DNA of 64,000 bases from the NCBI RefSeq assembly GCF_009914755.1, contig NC_060933.1. One strand, written 5' to 3'. The notes beneath the pieces were generated by a model. That model worked only from the letters and a program-made list of their open reading frames with translations, did not search any database and was not told where the DNA came from. The position numbers were made by a program, and so were the translations under genes. Shown one piece after another: positions 27,269 through 39,343 of the stretch. How positions within the stretch are numbered: the stretch's first letter is position 1; each line of letters begins with the position of its first letter. The DNA is from the human T2T-CHM13v2.0 reference genome, Homo sapiens.

Positions 27269-28697
27269 TGACCCTCCTTCGAGAATCTGCTGGAAGCTAT
27301 GGACCCCTCCTCCCTCCCCACCAGGGAAGGGCCCAGGCATAAACTGTGTGCACTGTGACTGGGAACAGGGAGACCCCGGCACCCTCCCCAGGACTCCCAA
27401 GACCCTCCACGCCCTGATCTGACACGTGGGGAAACTGAGGCAGACAAGCTTTCAGGGCACCTATGGTCCCTGACCCTACCGGAGCTCTATGACAACCCCG
27501 CAAGAGAGACAGGGATGAAGCCTCCAGGGAGGGACCCTCACACCCTTCCCAGAAGCCCACAGACCCCAGACACACGGGCATCCCCAGGGGAGGGGCCCCC
27601 CACCACTGTGCCTTGCGGAGACTGGGGTCCCTGTGGCTCTGGGTTCCAGTCCAGCCCTGCCGGGGAAGGCCCTGGGAGCTTGAGCAGCCACTCCCATGGG
27701 GCCTCAGTTTCCTCATCTGTAGATGGGGTCAGATCATTGCCTCCACTTCGCAGGGCCAGGGCAACGGCCCCAGGAGGAGACACCCGAACGCAGCACCTGC
27801 TCACAGGCGTCCACCGTCTCTCCCGCTATTTTCTCCCCTAAAAGCTTGGAGCGCCTGGTCCCCAGCTCTCCCCACACGGGCAGGCGGGGAGAGGACAGGG
27901 CGGCCCCCAGATCTCCCCAGGCGGGCAGGTGGGGAGAGGACAGGGCGGCTCCAGCTGGGGGCCGGGCTGCTGAACTGCCGCCACCTCAACTGGCTGCCCC
28001 ACAGGCCCTGAGCTCTCGGGAACTTCTCCTTCCGTCGCGGGAGATGAAGTGCTTTTTCCTCTTGACGTTAACGGCTGCCCCATCTGTCGGGCCTGGGCAA
28101 ATCACAGCCCACCGAGTGGGACTTCTGTGCCATGTACTGGCGCCAGGCGTGAGGGCAGCCTCAGGGGGCCGGCAAGTCCCCCTTCCTCAGCCCCATGGGA
28201 ACCTCAGCAGGGGTGGGAAGCAGTCTCCAGGGCCTGCAGGAGCGGGATCCCAGAAGCTGGACACTGGGACCAGCCCCGTTCGTGGCGCTGAGGACCCCGA
28301 AGGGACACGCGAGGCCCTGGCAGCTGCATTGGGTGGGGACTCTGAACTCACTCAAGGGTCACATGACCCTCCTTCAAGAATCTGCTGGAAGCTACGGACC
28401 CCTCCTTCCTCCCTCCTGGGAAGGACCCAGGCACAAACTGTCTGCCCCATGACTGGGAACTGGAGACCCCGGGACCCTCCCCAGGGCTCCGAAGACCCTC
28501 CATGCCCTGGTCTGACACGAGGGGAAACTGAGGCAGAGAAGCCTTCAGGGCACCCATGGTCCCTGACTCTACTGGAGCTCTATGACAACCCCGCAAGAGA
28601 GACAGGGATGAAGCCTCCAGGGAGGGACCCCCACACCCTTCCCAGAAGCCCACAGACCCCAGAAGCACAGGCATCCCCAGGGGAGGGGTGCCCCACA
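27269..28697 (+). repeat. Local direct duplication: copies at about 27269-27603 and 28364-28697
   Basis: Long shared blocks such as ggagctctatgacaaccccgcaagagagacagggatgaagcctccagggagggacc; 1095-bp offset; roughly 90% identity by eye. Confidence 0.9.
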
Positions 28698-30340
28698 CAC
28701 TAGGGGCTCCATCTGGGGCTCACGCTGCTCCACAAGGCTTTCTCAAGTCAGACCACCAGTGCCCACCTCGTGAGCTGCCAGGCAGCACCCAGTGTCCATC
28801 TGGGGACCCCTCTCCCAGGCTCACTCCACAGTGGAGGCCTCTTCTCTCTCCTCCCCTCCAGACTCCCTGGGTGCTGCTGGGGACATCCACGGAGCCTGCA
28901 GCACACAGCCCCCTGAGCCCACACTGCGCTCTCACCCCAGCCAGGTGTCTCCCCTGTGAAGCAAGTCTCTCCCTAGGGACGGATTCTGCTGTTTAAAAAA
29001 TAAGATTTTCTTCACCTTCCTACATGAACAAAAATAACAATACAGCAATACCACTGCAAAATCATCAGAATGGCTAAAATGAAAAAGACAGACAACAGCA
29101 AGTGCTGACAAGGGTGTGGGGCGGCCAAATGCTCCTGCACTGCTGGCAGGGGACCTGAGAACTGCAGGGCATTCCCTGGCTTCCTGCCCCTCCTGGGACT
29201 GGGGACCCCCCAGGGACAGCCTAAGGGAACTGCATTTATCTTCACGTCTGCCAAAAGATAACACGAAGATGTTCAAAGCTAAGCCCCCAGGCTGGTAAGA
29301 GCTCCAAGGCACCAGCAGTGTGTGCAGAACTGGGGGGAGTCTGTTCTCCCAGGGATGCTCCCATCACCTGCTGCCAGCAGTGGGGCATGCCGGTCCCCTG
29401 GGGTGTGGCCAAGGGGCTGTGTCTCCTGCCCGGGCTGCCGGCCCCTCTCAGGTTCACTTTCCCATCTCTAAGCCCACGTCTCGCTGCAGTTCAAGTTTGC
29501 CAGGCCACCAACGGGTGACACGCCCGGCGCAGTGGGGGACTCCGCACTTTCTGCGCACCTGCTCCAAGTCACCTCTTCCAGGTCCGGGTCCCTGCCCTGT
29601 GGAGCGCGCACCCGGGCAGGGGCATGGAGCACCGGCAGGACTGGACTTTGTGCTGAGTGTGGTGGCGCCTTAGGAGGAGGTCACACAACCCGATGTGTCC
29701 CTCCGCGAAACTCCCTGAGCACTGGGTGTGAAGGGCAGCGGCGCCCAGCAAGGCCGAGGAGGGGCGACTGTTATCCAGGCAGGAAGCGGGGTGGACCGGA
29801 CCAGGGTAGGGGCAATGTCAGGAGAAGGGGACACTCAGATGCAAAGCCGGTGGGGACCTGCCAAGAAGCCAGCCCACAAGGCCATGGACTCCTCCACGCC
29901 ATCAGCTGGAGCAGTGGGCAGCCCCAGGAAGGGAGACGGGAGCGGCCAGGGGAAGGGCGAGGGGTCCCCCGGGCGACCCCCGAGGCTCAGGCGCCCGGAC
30001 TCCAGTCCTGGGCCTCCGTTTTCCACCCTTGAACAAGCGGCTTCCACCTGTGAGCCAGCTGCCTCCTCTGAAAATGGAAGCCCCTCAACTCAGAGGGTGT
30101 CGCTCTGGGACGTGGGTCAGGGGCCGGAGCAGGCAGGGAGAGGTGAGAGGAAAGGCTGGGGACCCTCACTTCTCCCTGCCCAAACCCTCGCTCGGGAGCA
30201 GACGGCTCCTCTGCCCGCAGGCACCCCTGCCTGGCAGCTCCCTCCAGCCCCTGTCGGGTCCGGGACGTCCTCTGATGGGAAGGTTCCACCACATCCGTGG
30301 CTGACAGAGCCAGCCCGTCCGAGGCCGGGGGGCGCTCGGG

Positions 30341-30352
30341 GTAAACAGGAAG
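30341..30352 (+). promoter_or_regulatory. FOX:ETS composite motif GTAAACAGGAAG
   Basis: Consensus forkhead GTAAACA overlapping ETS CAGGAAG in a CpG-richer patch; candidate donor CTG|gtgagg at 30524. Confidence 0.5.
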
Positions 30353-31468
30353 CCCCATCCCTCCCGCACTCTGCTTCACTCCCTCCTCCTGCACCTCCTG
30401 CAGCCCGGCTCCCGCGGCCGCGCCTGGTGCCCCTCTGTCTCGCGCCACCTGAGATGCCCAGGCTGGCCTCTGCCAGGGGCTTAGTCTGCCCTCTCCTGGG
30501 GCTTCAGAGGCCAAAAGCACCCTGGTGAGGGGTCCGGGAGGCCCGGGAGGGCCCGGGGGGCTCTGCCAGGCCCCTCCACGCCTCTCTGCCCAGCCAGCAC
30601 GCTCTGGGAAGGTAAGGCAGCCCTTCCCCTTATAACTAACCTCAGAACATTCCCAGGTGGCTGGAAGGCCACTGGACAACATGGCCCTGCTGACAAGAGA
30701 GACAATGGGGAAACTGAGGCCTGTGTGGGGCACAAAGCTGGGACCAGAGCTCCAGCTTCCTGCCCCTGCCGGGCCTCCACCTCTGACACCACCCCAGGCA
30801 GGGTGAAGCCCTGGGCTCCAGACCTTCCAGTGCCCAGATGAGGACAGGCGCAGGCCTTGGGGTGGCCACACTCTCCCACCAGGTCTCCCCCTCTGTGCTG
30901 GGCCCCTGAGGTGAGGGGAGGAGGCCAGGCGTGGGGCCCGGCCTGGCTTCTGTGGGGCTGGAGCCTGGGCAGGAGGCACTGCTGACTCCCAAAATGATTC
31001 CCTGCTGAAGGTCTGTGCCATGATCCCAAACACACACCACCAGAGCGGCCAGGGCAGGGAAGGGGGCACCTCCAAGGACCGGAGGGTGAGGGAGGGGCCC
31101 GCCTGCCCCTTGCTGAGCCCCTGGGCCTTGGGCACAGAGTGTGCTCCACCCATACCAGAACCCGGGGGCAGCCCCAACCCCCTGGACCCCCAGTACCCTC
31201 TGGCGTCCAAGAACCCATGTCTGTCCCCTGCCAACCCCCCGCCCCTCCTGTCCCCGCTGGGCCCCCGACATTAGGGCAAGGCCCCAGCCCACCTCCTGTA
31301 CCTGCCTCTGAGGCTCCAGGAGCCCAAGAGAGTGGAGTGCCCCTCCTGTGGTGGCTCCAGGCTATGGGATAGGGCAAAGCTGGCACTCTGGGCCTGAGCC
31401 CAGGCCTCCTTCCCTTGGGGAGGGTCTAGTCTTGGCCTGGGGAGGGGCTGGGGGCAGGGCAGAGCTTA

Positions 31469-32280
31469 TCAGGAGGGGGTTGCAGTGAAGAACAAGTTGG
31501 CAGCAGGCGGTGCCCAGCCCCCCAGGCTGTCACCCAGGAGTCCAGTGCCAGGAGGACAGCCTGGGGAGGACGCAGACTCTGCCCTCGCCCCTTGCCTGTA
31601 AGCACAGCAGTCAGTTCACCGGGAAGGCCCCCAGCGGGCCAAGCCTTAGCAACTCGTGCACTCGGCTACTTAGCTATTCCTGCCCCGAGCTGTCCCCTGG
31701 CCGGATAGGTCTGATGACAGGGGCTGCTCCAGGTTGGGACATAGGACAAGCTGGGGTGGGGGACATGGGGCTCCCCAAGAAGAGGAAGGAAGGGTGAGGC
31801 AGCCTCCTGTGCCGAGCATCCCAGCCCTGTCCGGCCTCCAGGCTCACCTGGGCCGGTCACTTCTCCCTCTGGGCCTCAGTTTCCCCCTCTGTACACAGAA
31901 AGGGCTGGATCTAGCCCACCCCATGCTTGTGGGTCCTTCCACCAGGAGGCCAGGGCAGATCCAGGGGCATGCAGGTGGGGGAGGAGGGGGCAGGCCGCAG
32001 GGATGCAGGCAGAGGGCAAGAGGGCACCTCCTGGGATGGGGGCACAAGCCTACTGGGCCCCTATACGGTGGAGTAGCTAAGTAGCCGAGTGCACGAGTTG
32101 CTAAGGCTTGGCCCGCTGGGGGCCTTCCCGGTGAACTGACTGCTGTGCTTACAGCCAGGGGCGAGGGCAGAGTCTGGGTCCTCCCCAGGCTGTCCTCCTG
32201 GCACTGGACTCCTGGGTGACAGCCTGGGGGACTGGGCCCGGCCTGCTGCCAACTTGTTCTTCACTGCAACCCCCTCCTGA
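31469..32280. repeat. Long inverted repeat: arms 31469-31680 and 32070-32280, 389-bp spacer
   Basis: Manual reverse-complement alignment: about 6 mismatches and 1 indel in ~212 bp; 81-bp perfect block 31596-31676. Confidence 0.95.
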
Positions 32281-33759
32281 CAGCTGGAGGGACAGGCTGG
32301 CCAGGGCAGGATGAGCCCCTGGGTGGGAGAGCCAGGGGGCCGAGGGAGGCACAGGGCGGCTGAGGGTGCAGCCAGTAGGGTAAGGGCCAGATCCCAGGGT
32401 GGCCTAGTGTGGAGGAGGTGGGGAAATGGGGTTCTGCCTATCTGCTCCAACCTCAGGGCAGGGGCCACCTCTGGAAAGAGGCCCCTCCCGCTCAGACCAG
32501 CGGTGCCTGGGTGCCAGGAGCGCCCCCTTAAACCAGCTCAGTGACCATGAAGCAGGTGCAGAAACAGGCCCGGAGAAGAGTGAGGTCCTGCCTGGCTGAG
32601 GCCCTGAGCCCTGACCACAGCCTGGCGCCCAGAGCAGACCCTTCCCCTGGCCGTGGGTAGAGGGGAGCTGGTTCCTGCTTGAGGGGGAGGCGCATCGCGT
32701 GTGGGTGAGGTTTCCACCTGCCCTCCAAAGTCCCGTGGGGAATTTCCCCAGCTGCCCCAGCCTCCCTTGGCTCAAGTTGCCCAGCTGAGTGGGGCTGGAG
32801 AGGTGGGGGCACACTGACCGCCCAGGGCCAGGGAAATGGGAGTGTCCCAGGCATCAGGCCGACAGGGGCTGACCCCAAAGCAGGGCTCACACCCCACGGA
32901 CAGCGGGGTTGGGAGAGGCCCTGCTCTCCTGGGGTTCCAGGCGTGCCCTCCAAAGCCACCCAGCTCCCTTCGGCACCGTGTCCCCTCCCACCCAGCCCAC
33001 CTTTGCCACAGTGGCTCGCTCGGCCTGAGGCTCCCACTGCCGTGTGAACAGGGAAGCTGAGGGTCAGACCTGGAGGCTGGGACGCCGGGAATCTGACAGA
33101 GCACCCCCTGTGATCACCCACAGTGTCCCGCATCCCTCCCCACACCCCCGGCCGCAGCCTGCTGCCAGCCCAGAGCACCCCTGTGAAGTGGGGCTGAGGG
33201 CATTGGGCCTGCTTGCCCATCTCCAGGGCAGGGGCTCACAGCCTCACTGGCAGCTCTTTTAGGGGAGAGAGCTTGGACTCCATGCTTGTCCCCTCCCGTT
33301 ACCCCCTCACCATGGGCCTCAGGGACCCACGGAACAGGCTGTTCTCGGACCGCTCAGCCTGTCTTGCCACCCCAGTCCCTTCCTGCCGGGCCTCGCCACT
33401 CGCCATCCCTCACTGGTCAAGGCTCCTGTGTGGCTGGTCCCTGCCTTGGCCTGGGGCCCCTCCAAGCTCCCGTGCTGTGTCACACACATCTGGGGGTGTC
33501 CTGGGGGAGGGCCCAGCATCCTTGGCCCAAAGATGCAGCAGCTCCCTTCTGTCCAGCCACACGTGAGCATGGCCTGTGAACCCACTGTCCTGGGAGGGCC
33601 CTGGGCTTGCGTCCTCCACCCCACACTCTCCCCAGGGTCTCCAGCAGGGTCCAGCCCTGGTTTCTGGCTGTTTTGGGGCTAGACTCTGATGGCCCAGGGG
33701 ACGGCTTCCCCACCCCTGGGCAGTTTGTCCAGGCCCCCTCACACGGTGGCCCCCACCCC

Positions 33760-33890
33760 CCTCAGCCTCCTGTTTGTCCGACGACACGTCCCCGTTATCA
33801 GCGGAGAACACACACAGGAAGTCCGGCTGGGAAGGGCCCATCCCAATCCCGATTACCCAGGACGGAGCATAAAAAGCCGCCCTTCCTCGC
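33760..33890 (+). promoter_or_regulatory. Endothelial-type proximal promoter: GATA (TTATCA 33795), ETS (CAGGAAGT 33815; CTTCCT 33882), TATA-like (33868)
   Basis: Motifs read directly from the sequence; EGFL7/miR-126 is known to be ETS/GATA regulated. Confidence 0.65.
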
Positions 33891-33899
33891 CCGGGGGGA

Positions 33900-34089
33900 G
33901 CCTCCCTGCACCAAGCTGGCCCTGCACGGCTGCAAGGGAGGCTCCTGTGGACAGGCCAGGCAGGTGGGCCTCAGGAGGTGCCTCCAGGCGGCCAGTGGGC
34001 CTGAGGCCCCAGCAAGGGCTAGGGTCCATCTCCAGTCCCAGGACACAGCAGCGGCCACCATGGCCACGCCTGGGCTCCAGCAGCATCAG
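33900..34089 (+). other. EGFL7: EGFL7 non-coding first exon of the upstream (TATA/ETS) promoter; TSS approximate
   Basis: Donor CAG|gtatgg at 34089/34090; TATA-like CATAAAAA at 33868; matches my recollection of the EGFL7 5' UTR. Confidence 0.7.
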
Positions 34090-34388
34090 GTATGGCAGGG
34101 GTGGCCTCGGAGGGGCAGGGAGCGGACAGGGCGGGCCCCCCATTCCCCTCACTCCCGCTGACCGTGGCGCCTGCTGGCTGCTCCGCAATCTGCTCCCCAG
34201 CGAGGTCACAGGGGAGGGGTCCCAGTCTCCTCCCCTTCTGCACAGAGGAGGCCACTGAGGCCCCTTGGCCAAACGCCTGCTAGTGGGTGGCCCAGCGTAG
34301 ATCCCAATCCAGTCTGCTGACTCCAACACTTCACCCCCAGTCGCCCTTCCCCTGAACCCCACCCTCTGGCCTTTCTCTCCCTCCGCAG

Positions 34389-34604
34389 AGCAGCCCCTGT
34401 GGTTGGCAGCAAAGTTCAGCTTGGCTGGGCCCGCTGTGAGGGGCTTCGCGCTACGCCCTGCGGTGTCCCGAGGGCTGAGGTCTCCTCATCTTCTCCCTAG
34501 CAGTGGATGAGCAACCCAACGGGGGCCCGGGGAGGGGAACTGGCCCCGAGGGAGAGGAACCCCAAAGCCACATCTGTAGCCAGGATGAGCAGTGTGAATC
34601 CAGG
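34389..34604 (+). other. EGFL7: EGFL7 alternative 5' UTR cassette exon (216 nt)
   Basis: Strong pyrimidine tract ctttctctccctccgcag at the acceptor; donor CAGG|gtgcgg. Confidence 0.6.
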
Positions 34605-35672
34605 GTGCGGGACGTGGGGCTCGGGCTTAGGGATGACTTGCTGGGTGCGGTGGGCAAATGGGTGACTCTGTGGGCCCCCCTTGGACCCTGGAGACGCCCT
34701 TGTTCTCCCTCTCCCCAGCCTCATGCAGAGTGGCTGAAGCCCCATCCCAAAGCCTCCAAAACCACAGTGGGTCCTAGAAGGCCCCACTTTTTGTCTCATA
34801 CGTCCACACCAAGAAGCCTGTCTGAGAACCCCCACTTTCCAAATGGTGCCTAGCCAGGATGGGGGCAGCGAGGGCTGAGTCGGGGCAGCCCTGGAGCTGC
34901 CCTTTCTGCTCCATCGCCTCTTCCAGACTCAGGCAGGAGAGGTGGGGAGGCAGGTCAAAGGGTTAAGTGACCGCAGATCCAGAGATGAGGCCAGGGGCAG
35001 GGGACAGGGAGGGTGGCGGTGGCTCTCCCACCCAGAGGCCCCCTAGGCCCCACTCTGAACACTTCACTGCTGGGGGCTAGGTAAGAGCTGCCCTGCGTGG
35101 GCTCAGGGCGCCAGGAGGCCTAGGACTCCCCAGTCAGATGAGGAACGCCCCCTGACAGCAGCTGCTCTGGTCGTCCCTTGGACCACGTGCCAGGGGCTTC
35201 CAGGGCCCCTGGTCCAGAGCAGTGGCCACTGGATTGCAGGGTGGGGCGGCCTCATTTTGGGGACTCCTCTCCAGGGACCTGGGCCCCTCCCTTCCTCCAG
35301 CTCCCATGCACCAAGGTAGGACCAAGCTGGTGGCCCTCTCGGACCCATCTGCAGGCCCCTTGCCCAGCACCCTGGGTTACATGGAGAGACCTCCAGCTCC
35401 ACTCACAGCAGCCTCCCATCCCCATGCCAGGGAGTCCAGGGCTGGAGGCAATAACCCCATTTTACTGAGGCCAGGGGCTGCGGATCCGAGAGGACAATCA
35501 GCTCAGGACAGGATGGGGTCGGGGTAGGTGCAGGACAGGGGCCTGTAGGCCTAGTGCAGGCGGAGGTCCCACAGCAGCACCGAAAGCTGGTCCCGGGCCC
35601 CTTCCCAGCCCCCAGACATCAGGGTGACCAGGACTGTGCATAGGCACTAACCCACGACTCCTCTCCAACCAG

Positions 35673-35766
35673 CAGCCCCCAGGACCGGGGAGGCACAGGT
35701 GGCCCCCACCACCCGGAGGAGCAGCTCCTGCCCCTGTCCGGGGGATGACTGATTCTCCTCCGCCAG
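35673..35766 (+). other. EGFL7: EGFL7 5' UTR exon (94 nt; NAGNAG acceptor cag|cag)
   Basis: Branch-like cactaac, ctcctctccaaccag acceptor, donor CCAG|gtgagt. Confidence 0.75.
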
Positions 35767-36329
35767 GTGAGTCCCAGCAAACCCCTTGCTCCGAGGGAAC
35801 ACTTCTCACACCGGCGCCCACGCGGGTTATGACACAGGGCGCTGGCTCCGGCTGGGGTCTGAGGGGCTGCTGAATTGGGCTGGCCCGAGCCCCACGTGCC
35901 GCGCCCGCAGTAACAGCTGTAACAATTGTTGTGTGGCCACGACCTCACCGTCACTAGATCCCAGGGCTGTTTAGCCCCATCTTATAAATTTGGAAATGGA
36001 GGCCTGGAGAAGAGAGGTGACCAGCCCAGGGACCTCTGGTGTGAGGAGACTCTCTGGGGGCCTGTGGATTCGCTGGGAGGAGTGTTCTGCGATGGCCCTG
36101 ACTGTGCTGAACTCAGCAGTGACCCAGTGACCCCGGTGAGGGTGCCTGATGCCTGAGAGAGGGCCAGGTGGGGGCCGGCGCAGGGGCCCCCAACCTAACA
36201 CGCTAAGGCTAGGAGGCAGGCCTGGGCTCTGCCATGTGGTCTCAGAGGAGATCTGGGTCTCTGGGCCTGCGGTGGGGACGGTCATGATGCCCACTGCCTG
36301 CGAGGCTGCAGGACCCAGCTCAGTGCTAA

Positions 36330-37520
36330 CCTGCGCCGGGCGCCTACCGCGCGGCCCCCCAGCGGCTGAGATGGGCGTCCCGGGGTGGTTTTCAGCCTGG
36401 GGGGCTTGAAAGCTAGCAAAGGGCCCGCAGCCCCGTCAGTGTGGGCGCCCTGGGCGGCCTCTCCTGGCTCCTGGCGGCCGGGCTTGGTCGTGCGTCCCCA
36501 GCGACCGCGCAGCGAGCGCCCTGCCGCGGGGACTCGGGCCCCAGGATTCCCGGAGGGGGTGCTGGCGGGCCGCGGCTCAGAGGCGCGTTTGCGTCAGCCC
36601 CGGGTTCCAGCAGAGTCACTGCCCGCCCGGGGGCAGCTCGTCCGCCGCGGGGCCTCAGTTTCCCCGTCCGCGCAATGGGGGCGGGGCGGGGCCGCCAGGT
36701 GGGGCGGGGCCGGGGGCGGGGCGGGGCGGGGCTCGGGGCCCCCACGGCGCGGGCTCGGGCGGCAGTGGCGGCGGCGCGTGCGCGCCCCGGATCCGGCGGT
36801 GAGTGCGGAGCGAGCGGGGCGCGCCGGGGTCGGGGTCCGGTCGCCGCCCGGGCTGGGTCGAGGGCGGGACCCGCGGAGCCCCCGGGGGCGGGGAACCTGG
36901 CCGCGCGCGGAGCTGGGGGCGGCTCCGGGACGAGGCAGCGCGACCGCTGGGGCCGGGGGCGGAGCGGGCCGGGGCGCCCGCGGCTGGGTCGGGCCGGGCC
37001 GGGAGAATGGGCCCAGCGGCCCCGGGAACCGGCTCCCCCTGCCGGCGGCGGGCGGGCGGGCGGCGCGGCGGGGAGGGCCGGGGTCGCCGCGGCCCCTCGT
37101 CCGACCCGGCGCGACTCAGCGCCTCGGGGCCCAGCCTGTGCCGCCTGCTCCGCCCCCCGCGAACCCCGGAGCCAGCAGCGCGGCTGGGAGGGGGCGGCGG
37201 GCAGGTCCGTCTCGCTCCGCCTCTGCGCCCTCCCTCGTGGGCCCCGCGGTCCCCAGCCCTGCTCCCGCCGCGAGGGGTCCGCCAGTGCCTGCGGCGCAGC
37301 CAGGCCCCTCCCTCTGCGGACCCGGCCTCTCGCGGGTGGGGGCTGCGGGGCTGCTGCCGGGCGGGTGGGGAGGGAGCCCGTGGGCGCTGGGGGCACGGGG
37401 ACCGGACTGCTGGTCCACCTGGCGCCGCCGCCCCCTCCCCGCCCGGCACCCCTGGGTCGAGGCCGTGGCCCCCCCCGGGGAAATGGGGCTTGCAGCACCG
37501 GCTCGGAGAGCACCACGGGC
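36330..37520. promoter_or_regulatory. CpG island and GC-box (Sp/KLF) promoter of EGFL7/miR-126
   Basis: Very high GC and CpG density; tandem GGGGCGGGG boxes at 36677-36731. Confidence 0.85.
36740..36798 (+). other. EGFL7: EGFL7 alternative first exon in the CpG island; TSS approximate
   Basis: Directly downstream of a GC-box array; donor GGCG|gtgagt at 36798/36799. Confidence 0.65.
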
Positions 37521-39263
37521 TTCCTCTGGCCTCGGGAAAACATGACTTTCAAAAATTGAGTCTCCACTTAGCACCGCTTCCTGTCCAGGCGACTCTCAGG
37601 AATTGTGGGGGGGAGCTGTGCCAATATGTGTGGGGGGCAATGAGGTCTGGGAGATTCGCCTACCCCCAGGCCCGCCCTGGCATCCCCCTGCCCACATCAA
37701 GCCGCCGGGCCGCTGCCCTACCTCTTCCTTCCCGGGTCCCACTCCCCAATGTCCCCCGACTTCGAGTCTTGCCTTGAGGTCGCACCAGACCCAGCCCCTA
37801 ACAGTGTCCTTCATCCAGGGCCCATCCCCAGAGTTAATCTCCAGCCAGCTCTGCCCCCTCGACAAACTCCTGCCCAAAAACTGCTGTGATGCCCCCCCTG
37901 CCCCCAAGCTAAGTCCCCACCCCTCAGCTGCCCAGGGCAGCCTCTGCCTAGTTGGCAGCCTCTGCCCTGCCCTCCTCTCTCCAGCGCACAGAGGACTGGA
38001 GGCCCAGGAAGGACCCCCAGCCACCCTCCCCGCTGGGACCGGGTGATGCCTTGGCAGTGCCCGTGGGAAGCAGGTGTGGGATCGTGCTCCACACCCAGTG
38101 GGGCTGGCCAGCAGCGACTGAGGACAGTGTGACTATTTATAGGACTGGCTGTCAGAGCTGAGGAGGGGCCTCAGAGACCCTATTCTAGTGTGTGAGGAAA
38201 CTGAATCCCAGAGAAGGGACAGCCTTACCCCAGCCTCTGCCCCCACCCGAAGCCTGGCCTTTCCCTGCGGAGGGCCCTGCAGTGCCTCGGAAGGAACCCA
38301 CCCAGCCTTTGGGAAGCACCCGTGAGAGGCCCTGGGTGGGACCCTGCAGCATGGCAGGGGCTCGCCAGGTCTCCAGACCCCTGGCTGCGCATAGGACAGA
38401 ATCCCCATCCCCGGCATTGCCACAGACCATTAATTCTGGGCTCTCATGCTCTCAGGAAGCCTCACCCGGGCCCCTGGCTCCTGCTGCACAGCCAGGAGGG
38501 GGTTGGATTCCGGTTCCGGTGACACTGTCGGGGGCTGCTCCTCACCCCCAGGTGTGCACCTGGCACAGCCACTGTCCCAGGATCCCTGGAGGCTGATTGC
38601 ACACATATCCCAGCCTGGGAAGGACCCCCTCTAAAATGAAGGCCGCCCCTCTGGTGGTCTTAGAATGTGTGCACCCCCCGCACGGTTCCTGCTGGCTTGC
38701 AGCTGCTGGCCCACCTGCTGGGGCCGGTTCCACACTCAGATGAGAAATCAAATTCCAGAAGGGCTGAGGCCGGCAGGTCCCTGGTGGGGCTGGATCCCAG
38801 CTCTGCCCACGAACACCCCGTTTGCATAGACTGGGGTGCAAACTCACCCCTGCCCTGCTGTGAGGAGGGCCCTGGAACCAGGCAGGACAGGAGAAACGGC
38901 CACCCGTAGCTGGAGCCATCCTTCCCGGAGCCTCGGGCAGATGCCCAGCAGGATCCACTCGATTCCTGCACCAAGAGCTCTGGACAGCGTCACCCCCCCT
39001 GTGCCCCCAGGCTGTGGCCCCAGCTGTTTGTGCCTGGCGAGGGTCTGGCTAGCTGGAAGAGGGGGCCAGCGGAGGAGAGAGTGGGCGCCACCGTGGGGCT
39101 GTCCCACCGGTGGAGGCTCCAGCGGAGATGAGCTGGGCAGGCCTCGCGGAGCAAGTGCAAACTGCACCCGCGTCCTGGGGGCATCTGCGGGGAGACTTAG
39201 GGGTCATGCTTTGTGCCCCAGGCCACCCAGAGGAGAAGGCCACCCCGCCTGGAGGCACAGGCC

Positions 39264-39343
39264 ATGAGGGGCTCTCAGGAGGTGCTGCTGATGTGGCTTC
39301 TGGTGTTGGCAGTGGGCGGCACAGAGCACGCCTACCGGCCCGG
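39264..39343 (+). CDS. EGFL7: EGFL7 coding exon 1 (signal peptide); whole exon starts at 39222
   Basis: gccATGAGGGGCTCT...CCCGG|gtgag; acceptor ccag at 39221. Confidence 0.96.

Noticed and set aside
36385-37777. Overlapping 260-386 aa ORFs on both strands
   Set aside because: Stop-poor CpG island; low-complexity Gly/Arg/Pro/Ala; no domain.
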